Positions 45,631 through 57,499 of a stretch of DNA of 64,000 bases are shown in pieces. The notes under the pieces are model-generated. The model was given only the letters and a program-made list of their open reading frames with translations. It was not told the DNA's origin and searched no databases. The stretch is from Zygnema circumcarinatum SAG 698-1b (Eukaryota; Plantae; Zygnematophyceae), in assembly GCA_037447605.1 (NCBI GenBank), contig CM074812.1, forward strand, positions 2,480,001-2,544,000. Direction: 5' to 3'. The position numbers and the translations under genes were made by a program. Within the stretch, counting starts at the first letter, position 1; every line of letters begins with the position of its first letter.

Positions 45631-47055
45631 TTGCCCACAGTGGACTGTTCCTTGTCTCTCACGTCCGACAGAAAATGTCCACGTGGCGGCACCTCATTCG
45701 TTAATATACGCATCATTCCGGTACGGAAAGCAGATATAAAAATCTGTTGCTGTCCACGTCCGAGGTATGTCTACGTGGCATCACAGGATAGCTGAAACCA
45801 ATTCAAAAACATAAAAAATTCCTGTGAGCCAATAGGTGTTTCCACAGGGCAAAAAAAAGAAGCTGACTCAGCAAAATATCTTGACCGGTCCTGACTGGAC
45901 CTTTTAGATACCCTTCGATGGATTCCGCCCAAATTTGATCCTAAATTGACCTGAGTTGATCCTGGATCAATAACGGCACTACCTGTTGGTCCTCGAGCTT
46001 CAGAACGATCTACCTACGTTTCAGATCCATTTCCAGACTATTCTTGAACGCAAATTCGTGGATCCAGCGAATCTAAGGGTTTCCGATTACCCTCATGACG
46101 TCATCCGATTCTGTGTGATCCAACCTCGGCCCGGTCTTGTTTCTCGATATGCTTCGAGGGTGGATCCGCTGATCCTTGATCCACTATTCGTTCTCGATAC
46201 AGTACTTCCAGTACCCTATGATCCACTGATCCACTAGTCCCAATCATCCTTTGATCCATTCTTATTCCTCGATTCTTCCGGAGTGGATCCAACATCTGTT
46301 GGTTTGTTCATCTTTTGAAACCTGTTGTTGACCCCCCAGAGTAACTTCCCGGAGCCTTCGGAACCATCATCGTCCAATCAGAATCTGGCAATTTTCGACG
46401 TGGCACGTTCCCATTCGTCCAATTCGACCGTACAAAATTCGCAAAACCCTAATCCCTGAACCCTCCTCGTTGGTCTGAAGACCTTAACCCTTACCCGTAC
46501 ACTGCAGGCCGTACATACAAAATCCGTACACTCGAATCCGTACAACTTCCTCCAGGCCTTTCCTTTCCCGCGCTCTCTCTCGCCCTCGCTCTGTATCTCC
46601 CACTCCCTCCCTCGTCTCTCGCGTCCTCTCTCTCTGATCTCTTTAACTGACCTCTCTCTCTGACCTCTCTCTGTACCTCCTCTCTTTTCTCTATACTCCC
46701 TCTTTACTTCCTGTCTCTCAAATTTTCTTTCTTTATCTGACGTCCCTCCCTCCCTCCCTTCCTCCCGCCCTTCTCCCTCCCTCCTTTCCCCCTCCCACTC
46801 CCTTCCAACCCCCCTTCTCTCCTGTCGTCTCTCCCCCACCGCCTCCCTCCCCCAACTCCCCTATTCGTTTCTTCCTCCCCAACCCTCTCCCTCCCTCCCG
46901 CTCCCTCTCCCCCTTCCTCCCTCCCTCCCTCTCCTTCCCTCCCCCCTCCCTCCCTCACTCCCTCCCTCCCCCTCGGCCCCCTCCCTCGCTCCTCCCCCTC
47001 GGCCCCCTCTTTCTCTCCCCCTCCCCATTCCTCCCTCCCCTCTCCNNNNNNNNNN

Positions 47056-47888
47056 TACATCCGCTACCCCCCTCCCCCTCCCCCTCCCCATCCCCCTCCC
47101 ATTATCGGTGCTTCCCTCCTCCAGCCTCGACCCCTCCCTGCCCTCTCTCCCCCCTCCCTCTCCCCCCATTTAAACCCTAAAAACCCTAAACCCTCTCCTC
47201 CTCCTCCTCTCCCTCGCCCTCTACCTCTCCCTCTACCTCTCCCTTCCGCAGCAGAGCCCCCCGCCCTCTCTCCCTCTAAGAAGCCCTGCCTCCCCCCCCC
47301 TGTCTCCGCTGCCGGGGCCGCTGTTCCATGTGCTTCCAGTTCCGTTGGGATCGTAAGCAGTGATACGTTACTGAAACTGAAACTGAAACGACCCAGTACA
47401 TTGTCAAGATTCGAGGGACTGAGCGACGAGGTTCTATGTCACGTGCTCCGTTTAACTGGATGGCACGCCGTAACTGTAGCGAACGTCGCCTGCGTTTCAC
47501 GGAGAACGGCACAGGCCGCACGGAACGCGCTGTGGCGGGAATTCTGCTTCGCAAAGGCGCCGAAAATGACGAGCAATTTGGTGAAAAATGTGGAGCCAAA
47601 TGTGGCGCATGGAAACAAGGTTTTGGGGCTTCTAGGAAACTTGAAAAATTTCAAGAATTTGGAAAACTTGGCGGAACTGCAACAGAATTTGGAGAATTTT
47701 CCGTTGCCTGCGACGGAATGGAGTGCACATGGAACGGGTGGCGTAGAGGGAGGGTGGGCGGCCTACAGCAAACTTATGCGCTTCTGTCCGGGGGCGCACA
47801 CCTCCCCCCTCTTTGAAGTGAAGCGAATAGCACACCATGTGGACCATCTGGGTGAGGACAAGGGGAAAGGAGGAGGGAGAGGGAGAAA

Positions 47889-47923
<35 letters not shown>

Positions 47924-49730
47924 NNNNNNNNNNGAGAGGGGGAGGGAGAGGAGAGGAACGGGGGGGGAGGAGGGAGGGGGAGGTGTAGAGGGAGAGAGAG
48001 GACAAGGGGAGAGGTGGAGGGAGAAGGAGAAACAGGGGGGGGGGAGGAGGGAGGGTGGGGGGGTTAGAGGGAGAGAGAGGACAAGGGGAGAGGGGGAGGG
48101 AGAGGGAGAAACGGGGGGGAGGTGGGAGGGTGGCGGGGGTAGAGGGAGAGAGTGGCCAAGGGGGGAGGGGGGGGGAGAGGGAGAAACGGGGGGGGGAGAA
48201 GGGAGGTTGGCGGGGGTAGAGGGGGAGAGAGGACAAGGGGAGATTGGGAGAGAGAGGAGATTAGGAGGGAGAGGGAGAAAGGGGAGAAAGGGAGAGGAGG
48301 GGAGAGAGGGGGGAGGGAGGAGGGGGGAGGAGAGAGGGGAAACGGGGAGGGAAGGGGCAGGGAGGGGAGAGGAGGGGGGAAGGGGACACGCAGTTGGAAG
48401 GGAGAGAGGGGGATGTAAAGGGGTAGTGCTTGGAAGAGGAAGTTTATGTGAAGATAGTGTTTGTGTACGTTAGAGAAGGAGAGAGCATGCATTTGTCTGA
48501 TTATGAGATTGGGACTGTTTGCATGTGCGAGGAAATCAACGAGTGAGAGAATACATCTGACTGTAAGTAGTCGAAGAGCGAGGTTGTGTTCGACAGTCTC
48601 TACATGCGAGGTTGTGTGTTTTAAGAGGGGCTGTGTTTGTGTGACGGAGAGAGAGAGAGAGGAAGGGAGACAGAAGGGCATTGTCCATATGAAAAGTGTG
48701 ACTGAAAGCGTGTTAAAGTACAGTTGTGTGAGACGGAACTCCCTCACACTCTACCTTCCCCTCCCCCTCCCCCTCCCCCTCACTCCCCGCTCCCCCCTGT
48801 ACCTCCTCCTTCCACACTCTACCATTCTCTCCCATACTCTTACCTCCCCCTCCCTCTCCCACTCCCCCCCTCCTCCCGCTCCTCACCCACCTCTTCCTCG
48901 CCTCCTTTCCCCTTCCACACTCTACCACTCTCTCTCTCGCCTTCACTCTCTCAAACTCTACCACCTCCTCTCCCCCTCCCCCCTTCACCCCAGTCCCTTT
49001 TCCTTCCTCTCCCTCTCTCTCCCACACTCTACCACTCTCTCCCATATTACCTCCCCTTCTCCCGCCCCTATCCTCCCTCTCCTCACCCCCTCTCCCTCTC
49101 CTCCCTTCCCCTCGAGACGCTACCACTCTCCCTCCCACCTCTCTATCCCTCTTCTTTCTCTCTCACCCTCTCCCTCCCCCCTCTCTATCCCTCCCTCTCT
49201 CTCTCTCACACCCTCTCCCTCCCTTCCTTGCAGGAAAAATATTCTCTAAGAGCGCTGGCCGCCGTCTCCTTCACAAAAGCTGCAAGCTGGATACTCTCTA
49301 TATGACGGAAACCTGCGACCACTTTGAAAATGAGGAAGAAGTCGGCGTGATTCGCGGCCTTGTGAAGAATTTCTCAAAGTCTCGTCTGAAAAGACAGCTC
49401 GAATTGCGGAGTATCGATTTCGAATTAGGCAGAATTTGCCCCTTTTGTGGGACCCCTGTGTGGAGCCTGGCGGCGGCAGATTTGGTCTCACCCGGAATTT
49501 TAGAATCGATAAACTGCGCAGAAGATGAGGAGAATGTACCGGACTGCGATGTGTTTGTATGCGCGTATGGGCACATGCATGGGATGTGTATATTGGCAGA
49601 GGCGGAGGGGGAGGAGGAGGGAGAGGGAGAGGGAGAGGGAGATGGAGAGGTAGACGCAGAGGGAGAGGGAGAGGGAAAGGGAGAGAGTGGGAGAGAGAGA
49701 GGAGGTGGAGAGGGGAAGGAGGGAGAGTGA
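47056..49730 (+). CDS. EID1-like (EDL) F-box protein; start codon probably hidden at the gap 47046-47055
   Basis: Frame is open from the gap to the donor at 47851; exon 2 is 49234-49730. Motifs LSDEVLCHVL..W...LWREFCFAKAPKM, GGWAAYSKLMRFCPG, LYMTETCDH, CPFC..VWSL, VCAYGHMHGMC. Confidence 0.88.
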
Positions 49731-50959
49731 AGCTTGCGGACTTTTGGAAAGTGGTGGGGGGGAGTTGGGAATGAGGGAGGAGTGGGGGAGGACGAGAGAG
49801 AGCAGCAGAGAGAGAACGAGAGAGAGTGAGAGAGGGAGAGTCATGAAGAGCAGAGATTTGGTGAAGTGGTAGAGGGTGGGACGAAGGAGAGGATGAGGGG
49901 GTTAGAAAGGGGGGTCGATGGAGAGTAAGACTGCGAGTTAGCGTGAGAGAGAGAGGGAGAGAGTGTGGGAGAGAGAGAGTGAGAGAGTGACACGCATGTG
50001 CTATAAGGCCAGCGTTTTTTTAACGGAGAGGTACATTGGTTTCCCCCCGTGTTAGAGGAGAGAAGTTTTTCCCTACCTTTTAAGATTGTTGGCTTCCTAT
50101 GTCGGTGCTGTTGCCGTTTCAGTTCAACTGAAACGTTACAGGGAGCAGCTCATAGAGCTTGACGGCCAACATCAAATTTGGCGGAGATTTATGAGCATGG
50201 AAGGACCCGTTCTATGTATCTGTAAATGAAAGAGATGACTTCAACGGTTCTATGCCAGTTTTTTTTCCGGTCAGATTCATAGAATTTATGGTCATGTAGC
50301 GGGGTTTTTTTTTCTTTTTTATTTCTGCCCAAAACCATGGAGAGAGGTTGAAAAAAAGGCTCTCCTTTGGAGTGCCAAGATCAACCTCGAGGAGGTCAAC
50401 GACTGCGATCAATCGGAGTGGATCCGGAGTTTTGTTGATCGTCAGTGAAGGCGAACCCCTTTTTTTTGTCGATGCGTGTGCATATGACGAAAATTGTAAT
50501 TAGATGTAAAGAGAAAAATCGATTTGTTGACTGCATTTTGAGATATTTGTGACTTGAAATGGTAAGCGTGGGAGGCTAAGAACTGTTCGAATTCAGATGC
50601 ATGGGATGCATGGGATGATGGAGATGTATGGCAAAACAAAACCTCTGAATTAGATGTGATGCGACCCATCATACGGCTTTCCATGGCATCAATATGTCAA
50701 AATAATTCAAACCAATCAGACCCATAACCCGGTCATTGACATAACGCTTTTAGGGCTTTTAAAATTTTAGGGTTTCACTCTCATATCCACAAAAACAATT
50801 CAAAGTCTCCTTTTCAAAAGTTAAAGACGAATTCAAAGGCCTCCGTACAAAAAAGACATAGTTTCCCTACACCCTACAAACCAAGAATCAACTCTTCTCT
50901 TTTTTTTTTTTCCACTGTCGATCTGATGCCGATGCGTTCTCTCAATTTTTTTTTGTTTT

Positions 50960-52650
50960 TCAAAAGACGAAGACGGAGGAAGTGGAAGCCATGGCGTTGT
51001 AGAGGAAGGTTCCAGGAAGGGGCGAGAACTGTCCTGTAATGAGCTGTTCACATTTCCACAAAAAAACAAAACCGCAATATGAGCCATACCTCAGACTAAA
51101 ACCCAAATTTATTTCCAAATAATCTAGACTACCTTCCCCACTCCCCTCCCCATCCCCCCACCTCCCTCCCTCCCTCCCCCTCCCCCTCTCCCTCCCCCTC
51201 TCCCTCCCCTCTCCCTCCCTCCCCTCCCCCTCTCCCTCCCCCTCTCCCTCCCTCCCCTCCCCCTCTCCCTCCCCTCTCCCTCCCTCCCCCTCCCCCTCTC
51301 CCTCCCCTCTCCCTCCCTCCCCTCCCCCTCTCCCTCCCCTCTCCCTCCCCCTCTCCCTCCCTCCCCTCCCCCTCTCCCTCCCCTCTCCCTCCCCTCTCCC
51401 TCCCTCTCCCTCCCTCCCCCTCTCCCCTCCCTCCCTCCCCCTCCCCCTCTCCCTCCCCTCTCCCTCCCCTCTCCCTCCCTCCCCCTCTCCCTCCCTCCCC
51501 TCCCCCTCTCCCTCCCCTCTCCCTCCCCTCTCCCTCCCCCTCTCCCTCCCCTCTCCCTCCCTCCCCTCCCCCTCTCCCTCCCCCTCTCCCTCCCCTCTCC
51601 CTCCCTCCCCTCCCCCTCTCCCTCCCTCCCCTCCCCCTCTCCCTCCCCTCTCCCTCCCTCCCTCTCCCTCCTCCCCCCTCACCTTGATTGCTTCCTGCGC
51701 CGCGACCCCCCCCACGACTGCTCCGACCGCGTGCAGGTCCCCCGCGCCCGCCCGGCAGACCTCCCCGATGACGTCATCCTCCGGGAGAGGCGCCGCGGCC
51801 CCGCCCAGCTCGCTCTGAAGCGAAGCGGCCATCGCCTTCAGACGGGCGGCGTCCTCCTCCTCGGGGGCACTGGGGAGAGAGGGAGGGAGGGAGGGAGGAG
51901 GGAGGGAGGGAGGGAGGGAGGGAGGGAGGGGAGAGGGGGGGAGGGAGGGAGGGAGGGAGGGAGGGAGGGAGGGAGGGAGGAGGGAGAGGGAGAGGGGGAG
52001 GGGGAGAGGGAGGGAGGGATGGGAGGAGGGAGAGGGAGAGGGAGGGGAGGAGGAGGGAGAGAGGGAGGAGGGATGGGAGGGAGGAGGAGGAGGGAGGGAG
52101 GAGGGAGGGAGGGATGGGAGGGAGGGGAGGGAAGGGCGGAGGAGGGAGAGAGGGAGAGGGGGGGAGGGAGGGAGGGAGGGAGGTGGAGGGAGGGAGGGAG
52201 GGAGGGAGGGAGGGAGAGGGCGGAGGGAGGAGGGTGAGGGAGGGAGGGAGGAGGGAGAGGGAGAGGGGGGGAGGGGGAGAGGAGGAGGGATGGGAGGAGG
52301 GAGAGGGAGAGGGGGAGGGGGAGAGGGAGGGAGAGAGGGAGGGAGGATGGAGGGAGGGAGAGGGAGAGAGGGGGGGAGGGGGAGAGGGAGGGAGGGATGG
52401 GAGGGAGGGAGAGAAGGGCGGGAGGGAGGGAGAGAGGGAGAGGGGGGAGGGAGGGAGGGAGGGAGGGAGGAGGGAGGGAGGGAGGGAGTTACGAAGGGAG
52501 GGAGAAGGGAGGGATAGAGGGTAGTGGGTAGGAGGTAGGGAGGGAGCGAGAGAGAGGGATGGGAGGGAGGGAGAGTGAGAGAAAGGAGAGAGGAGGGAAG
52601 GGGGGAGGGACGGAGATAGCCAGAGAAGGGCGATAAGGGGAGGAGGTAGG

Positions 52651-52718
<68 letters not shown>

Positions 52719-55700
52719 AGAGGAAAAAAGTAGGGTTTTACCATATCGAAGTGTAAGGGTCGTCGGCGTGAGTTTGGGTATACGAGGTTTTGTCTTTAAG
52801 GGGATTTCAGGGTTCAGGGGCAGAGCAGTTTTGTTTACTTCTTGACTTAGACTTCGCGAGTTTATGCATTTTTTCAACCTTAATATTTGAGGTTTAAATT
52901 ATCACCTTGAGTCAATATGCTTAAAATTTCAGCCAAGGTTTCCAAGATTTCAGGGTTTAGGGTTTATCCTCTCACCCTTCAAACACTCCCGGATAACGGT
53001 TATATGTGGCAGCGAAATGATCGCACGCTCTGAGCAGAACATATAAAGAGGCATTGCTGCAAAAAAAAAAAATGATCAAAAGCCTAATAGTTAGCAAGAA
53101 GGAAGAAGGAAAGATCATTTTCTTAATTTGGTTTCAATTCTTTTGAATATCGTGTATCCTTTATGAGCAACGACTGCAACTCCTTTCCAGTTTACCCAGT
53201 TTTTAATTTTTTAGTTTCTGCTTTCTAGTTTGGATGGAGGGAGGGGAAAGGACAGGTTCCCTTCGCGTCCCTCCTAAGTTGGAAATTTCAATTTGCAATT
53301 TGCAGTTTTTAGGGTTGCAGTTTGCAGTTTGCAGTTTGCAGTTGCAGTTTTTAGGGTTGCAGTTTGCAGTTAGCAGTTTTTAGGGTTGCAGTTTGCAGTT
53401 TTTAGGGTTGCAGTTTGCAGTTTGCAGTTTTTAGGGTTGCAGTTTGCAGTTCATGGTCACCTGCTGTCTTCAGCGGTCAATTGCCGAACGAGATCGGAGC
53501 CACCGCGGGAACAGTACTCCTCTTGAAGGGAGCAGAAACGGACCACCTATGGTCGAGGGAGAGAGGGAGAGAGGGAGAGGAGAGAGGGAGAGGGAGAGAG
53601 GGAGCAACAGGGAGAGGGAGAGAGTGGGAAGGAGAGCGAGCGAGAGGGAGAGACAGCACGAGAAAGAGAGAACGATAGAGGGGGACAGGGACAGAGAGAC
53701 ACCTTCAGCAATAGAGGAGAGAGAGAGACAGAGAGAAAGGGAAAGGGGGAGAGAGAGAGAGAGAGCCAGAGAGAGAGAGAGAGAGAGAGAGAGACCTTGA
53801 GATTCCTCGCGTTCTTGCAGTAGAGTTTGACGGTGGCCCTTGCTATCCCGTGCGTGTCCCGACCGACCGACCTTAAGAGAGAGCGCACTCGGCGGTCGAC
53901 CGCGTCCACGTGCGCCTCCGCACGGGCTTGGTACACGCGCTGCAGGGAGACGTACAGGCTGGGGGGAAGGGAGGGAGGGAGGGAGGGAGGGGAGGAGAGG
54001 AGGGAGGAGGGAGGGAGGGAGGGGAGGAGGAGGGAGGGAGGGAGGGAGGGAGGGAGGGGAGGAGGGGAGGAGGGGAGTGGAGGGAGGGAGGGAGGGAGGG
54101 AGAGGGGGGAGGGAGGGAGGGAGGGGAGGGAGGAGGGAGGGAGGGAGGGAGGGAGGAGGGAGGGAGGGAGGGAGGGAGGGAGGAGGGAGGAGGAGGGAGG
54201 AGGGAGGAGGAGGGAGGGAGGAGGGAGGGAGGAGGGAGGAGGGAGGGAGGGAGGGAGGGGAGGAGGGAGAGGGGGAGGAGGGAGGGAGGGAGGAGGGAGG
54301 GGAGGGAGGAGGAGGGAGGGAGGAGGGAGTGGAGGGAGGAGGGAGGAGGGAGGAGGAGGGAGGAGGGAGGGAGGGAGGGAGGAGGGAGGGAGGGAGGGAG
54401 GGAGGGAGGAGGGAGTGGGAGGGAGGGAGGGAGGGGAGGGAGGAGGGAGGGAGGGAGGAGGAGGAGGGAGGGAGGGAGGAGGGAGGGAGGGAGGAGGGAG
54501 GAGGAGGGAGGGGAGGGAGGAGGGAGGGAGGGAGGGAGAGGGGGAGGGAGGAGGGAGGAGGAGGAGGGAGGAGGGAGGGAGGAGGAGGGAGGAGGGAGGG
54601 AGGGAGGGAGGGAGGGAGGGAGGGGAGGGAAGGAGGGAGGGAGGGAGGGAGGAGGAGAGGAGGGAGGAGGGAGGAGGGAGGAGGGAGGGAGGGAGGAGGG
54701 AGGGAGGGAGGGAGGGAGGGAGGGGAGGGAGGGGAGGGAGGAGGGGAGGAGAGGGGGAGGAGGGAGGGAGGAGGAGGGAGGGAGGGAGGGAGGGAGGGAG
54801 GAGGAGGAGGGAGGGAGGGAGGGGAGGGAGGAGGGAGGGAGGGAGGGAGGGAGGGAGGGAGGGAGGGAGGGAGGGGAGGGAAGGAGGGGAGGGAGAGGGG
54901 GAGGGAGGGAGGGAGGGAGGGAGGGAGGGAGGAGGAGGGAGGGAGGGAGGGAGGGAGGGAGGGAGGGAGGGGAGGGAGGGAGGGAGGGAGGGAGGGAGGG
55001 AGGGAGGGAGGGAGGGAGGGGAGGGAGGGAGGGAGGGAGGGAGGGAGGAGGGGGAGGGAGGAGGAGGGAGGGAGGGGAGGGAGGGAGGGAGGGAGGGAGG
55101 GAGGGAGGGAGGGAGGGAGGGGAGGGAGGGAGGGAGGGAGGGAGGGAGGGGAGGGATGGATGGGGGGGAAGTGGGCGGGTGGTGGGGAAAAGGGGGGAGG
55201 GGGTGAGGAATGAGAAGGGTGGACAGGTAGGGACAGAGTGGGATCGAGGAACAGAGAGAGGGGGGGAGGGCGAAACGAAGGGGAAAGGGGGAGAGAGGGG
55301 AAAGGGAGAGGGAGGGAGTTGAGTAGGGAGAGAGTGAAAAGGGGGGAAGGAAGTGAATGAAAGAGGGGAGAGAGACGTGTTTGTTTGGCGGATAATTGCT
55401 AAGTATCGTTAAAAAGTGTGAGGAATGAGAAGGCCAATAAAATTTATAATACAATATTATAATAATAAATTTGGAATGTTGTTTGTATGAAACTGAGACA
55501 TTTGAATTTATTTTTCTTATGAAATTAGGGTTGTTGATTTTTTAGTGCTCCCCAGAAAAGATATGAAATAAAAAATACTCTGTGAAGGAGTGCATGTCGG
55601 GAATCGCTCCGTCCAATGGAAGGTCCCCTTCGCCTTCGTTCTCCACAAATCCCTGAGGGGGAGGGAGAGAGGGAGAGAAGTGAGCGAGAGAGTTTGGAGA

Positions 55701-56208
55701 AGGGAGAGAAAGGGGTGGGAGGGAGGGAGAGAAGTGAGAGAGGGGGGGGGTTGGTGGGGCTAGAGAGTGGGGCTTGGAGAGAATGTGGGGGGTTTTGGAC
55801 AAGGAAGAGAGAGAGGGGAGTGTGAGGGAGAAAAGTGAGAGAGAGGGAGTTTGGAGAAGGAAGAGGGAGGGGTGGGAGAGAGGGAGAGAAGTGAGAGAGA
55901 GGGAATTTGGAGAGAGAAGAGAGAGGGGGGGAAAGGGAGAAGACAGAGGGATGGAGAGGAGAGGGGGAAGGGAGAGTGATAGAGAGGGAGGAGAAAGGGG
56001 GGTCGGGGAAGAGAATAGACAGGAGGAGAGGGGGAGAATTAGCGGGAGGGATGATAGAGAGAGAGAGAGAGTAGGAGCGAGCGGGAACGGCGAAGGTGGA
56101 GGTGGGAGAGCTGCAAAGAAGAGTGAAAACATGAATAGAGAGATGTAGAGGAAGCCGTGGAGATAGTGAAGAGCGATAGACAGAGTGTGAGAGAGAGGGA
56201 AAGAGGGA

Positions 56209-56249
<41 letters not shown>

Positions 56250-57466
56250 AAAGGGAGAGGTGGGACTCACCCTCAACGCAGCGACGATGACCCAGAAATC
56301 TGGTGATGTGGCAGTGACGTCAGCAGCCTTGTCATACAAAATGCGGCGCACCTCCTCGCCTGCGGCACGTCGCCCACGTGAGTACGGCCTGCGGGGGAGA
56401 GAGAGAGAGAGGGAGAGGGAGAGGGAGAGGGAGAGGGAGAGAGAGAGAGACAGGGGGAGAAAGAGAGAGGGAGAGGAAAGACCGAGGGAAAGGACGAGAG
56501 AGGGAAAAAGTGGGAGAGGGCGAGAGAAAAATGGAGAGGGAGGGAGATGAGAGGGAGAGAGAGGGGGAAGAGGAGGAGAGAGTGAGAGAGGGGGAAAAAG
56601 TGATGGGAAGAGTTGGCAAGTGGGGGCGGGCAGGGGAGGGCGATGGTAGAGAACGGGGGTATGAAAGGCGAGAGGGTGGTTGGAGAGGTAGGAGGGGAAA
56701 GAGAGTGAGAGAGGAATGGAGAGGAGTGGTTAGAGGGAAGAACCAAAGGGTGAGAGGGAGACGATAAAATAGAGACAAGGGCAGGAGCGAGGGGGGGGGG
56801 GAAGGGAGGGAAGGATGCAGAGGGAGGGAGGGAGGGAGAGAGGGAGGGAGGAGGGAGGGAGGGAGGGAGGGAGGGTTTTAGGGTTTTAGGGTTTNNNNNN
56901 NNNNGAGGGAGAGAGGGAGAGGGGGAGGGAGGGAGGCAGGAATGGGAGGGAGGGAGGGAGGAATGGGAGGGAGGGAGGGAAGGAGGGAGGGAGGGAGGAA
57001 GGGAGGGAGGGAGGGATGGGGGAGGAGAGGGACGGAGGAGGAGAAGGGGAAGAGAGAAAGAGGAAGATAAGGGAGAGAGAGGGAGGAGAGGAAGGGAGAG
57101 AAAGAGAACGAGGGTGGAGAGAGGGGGGGGAAGTTACGAAATGGAGGGGTGGGATAGACGGAGAATGAGAGAGGGACATGGGTGATGAAAGAGGAGAAGG
57201 GGAGAGAACGAGAACGAGGGCAAGAAGGGGATGGGAGGGAGAGCGGGGGGAGGAGCGCAAGGGAAAGAGAGAGAAAGAGAGCGACAGAGAGAGAGAAAAA
57301 TAGGGGGAGGGAGTAAGAGAAAGAGAGACGAGAGAGAGAGAGAGACAGAGAGAGAGAAAAAGGGGGAGGGAGAAAGTGAAAGAGAGACGAGAGAGAGAGA
57401 GAGAGAGACAGAGAGAGAGAAAAAGGGGGAGGAAGAAAGAGAAAGAGAGACGAGAGAGTGAGAGAG

Positions 57467-57499
<33 letters not shown>

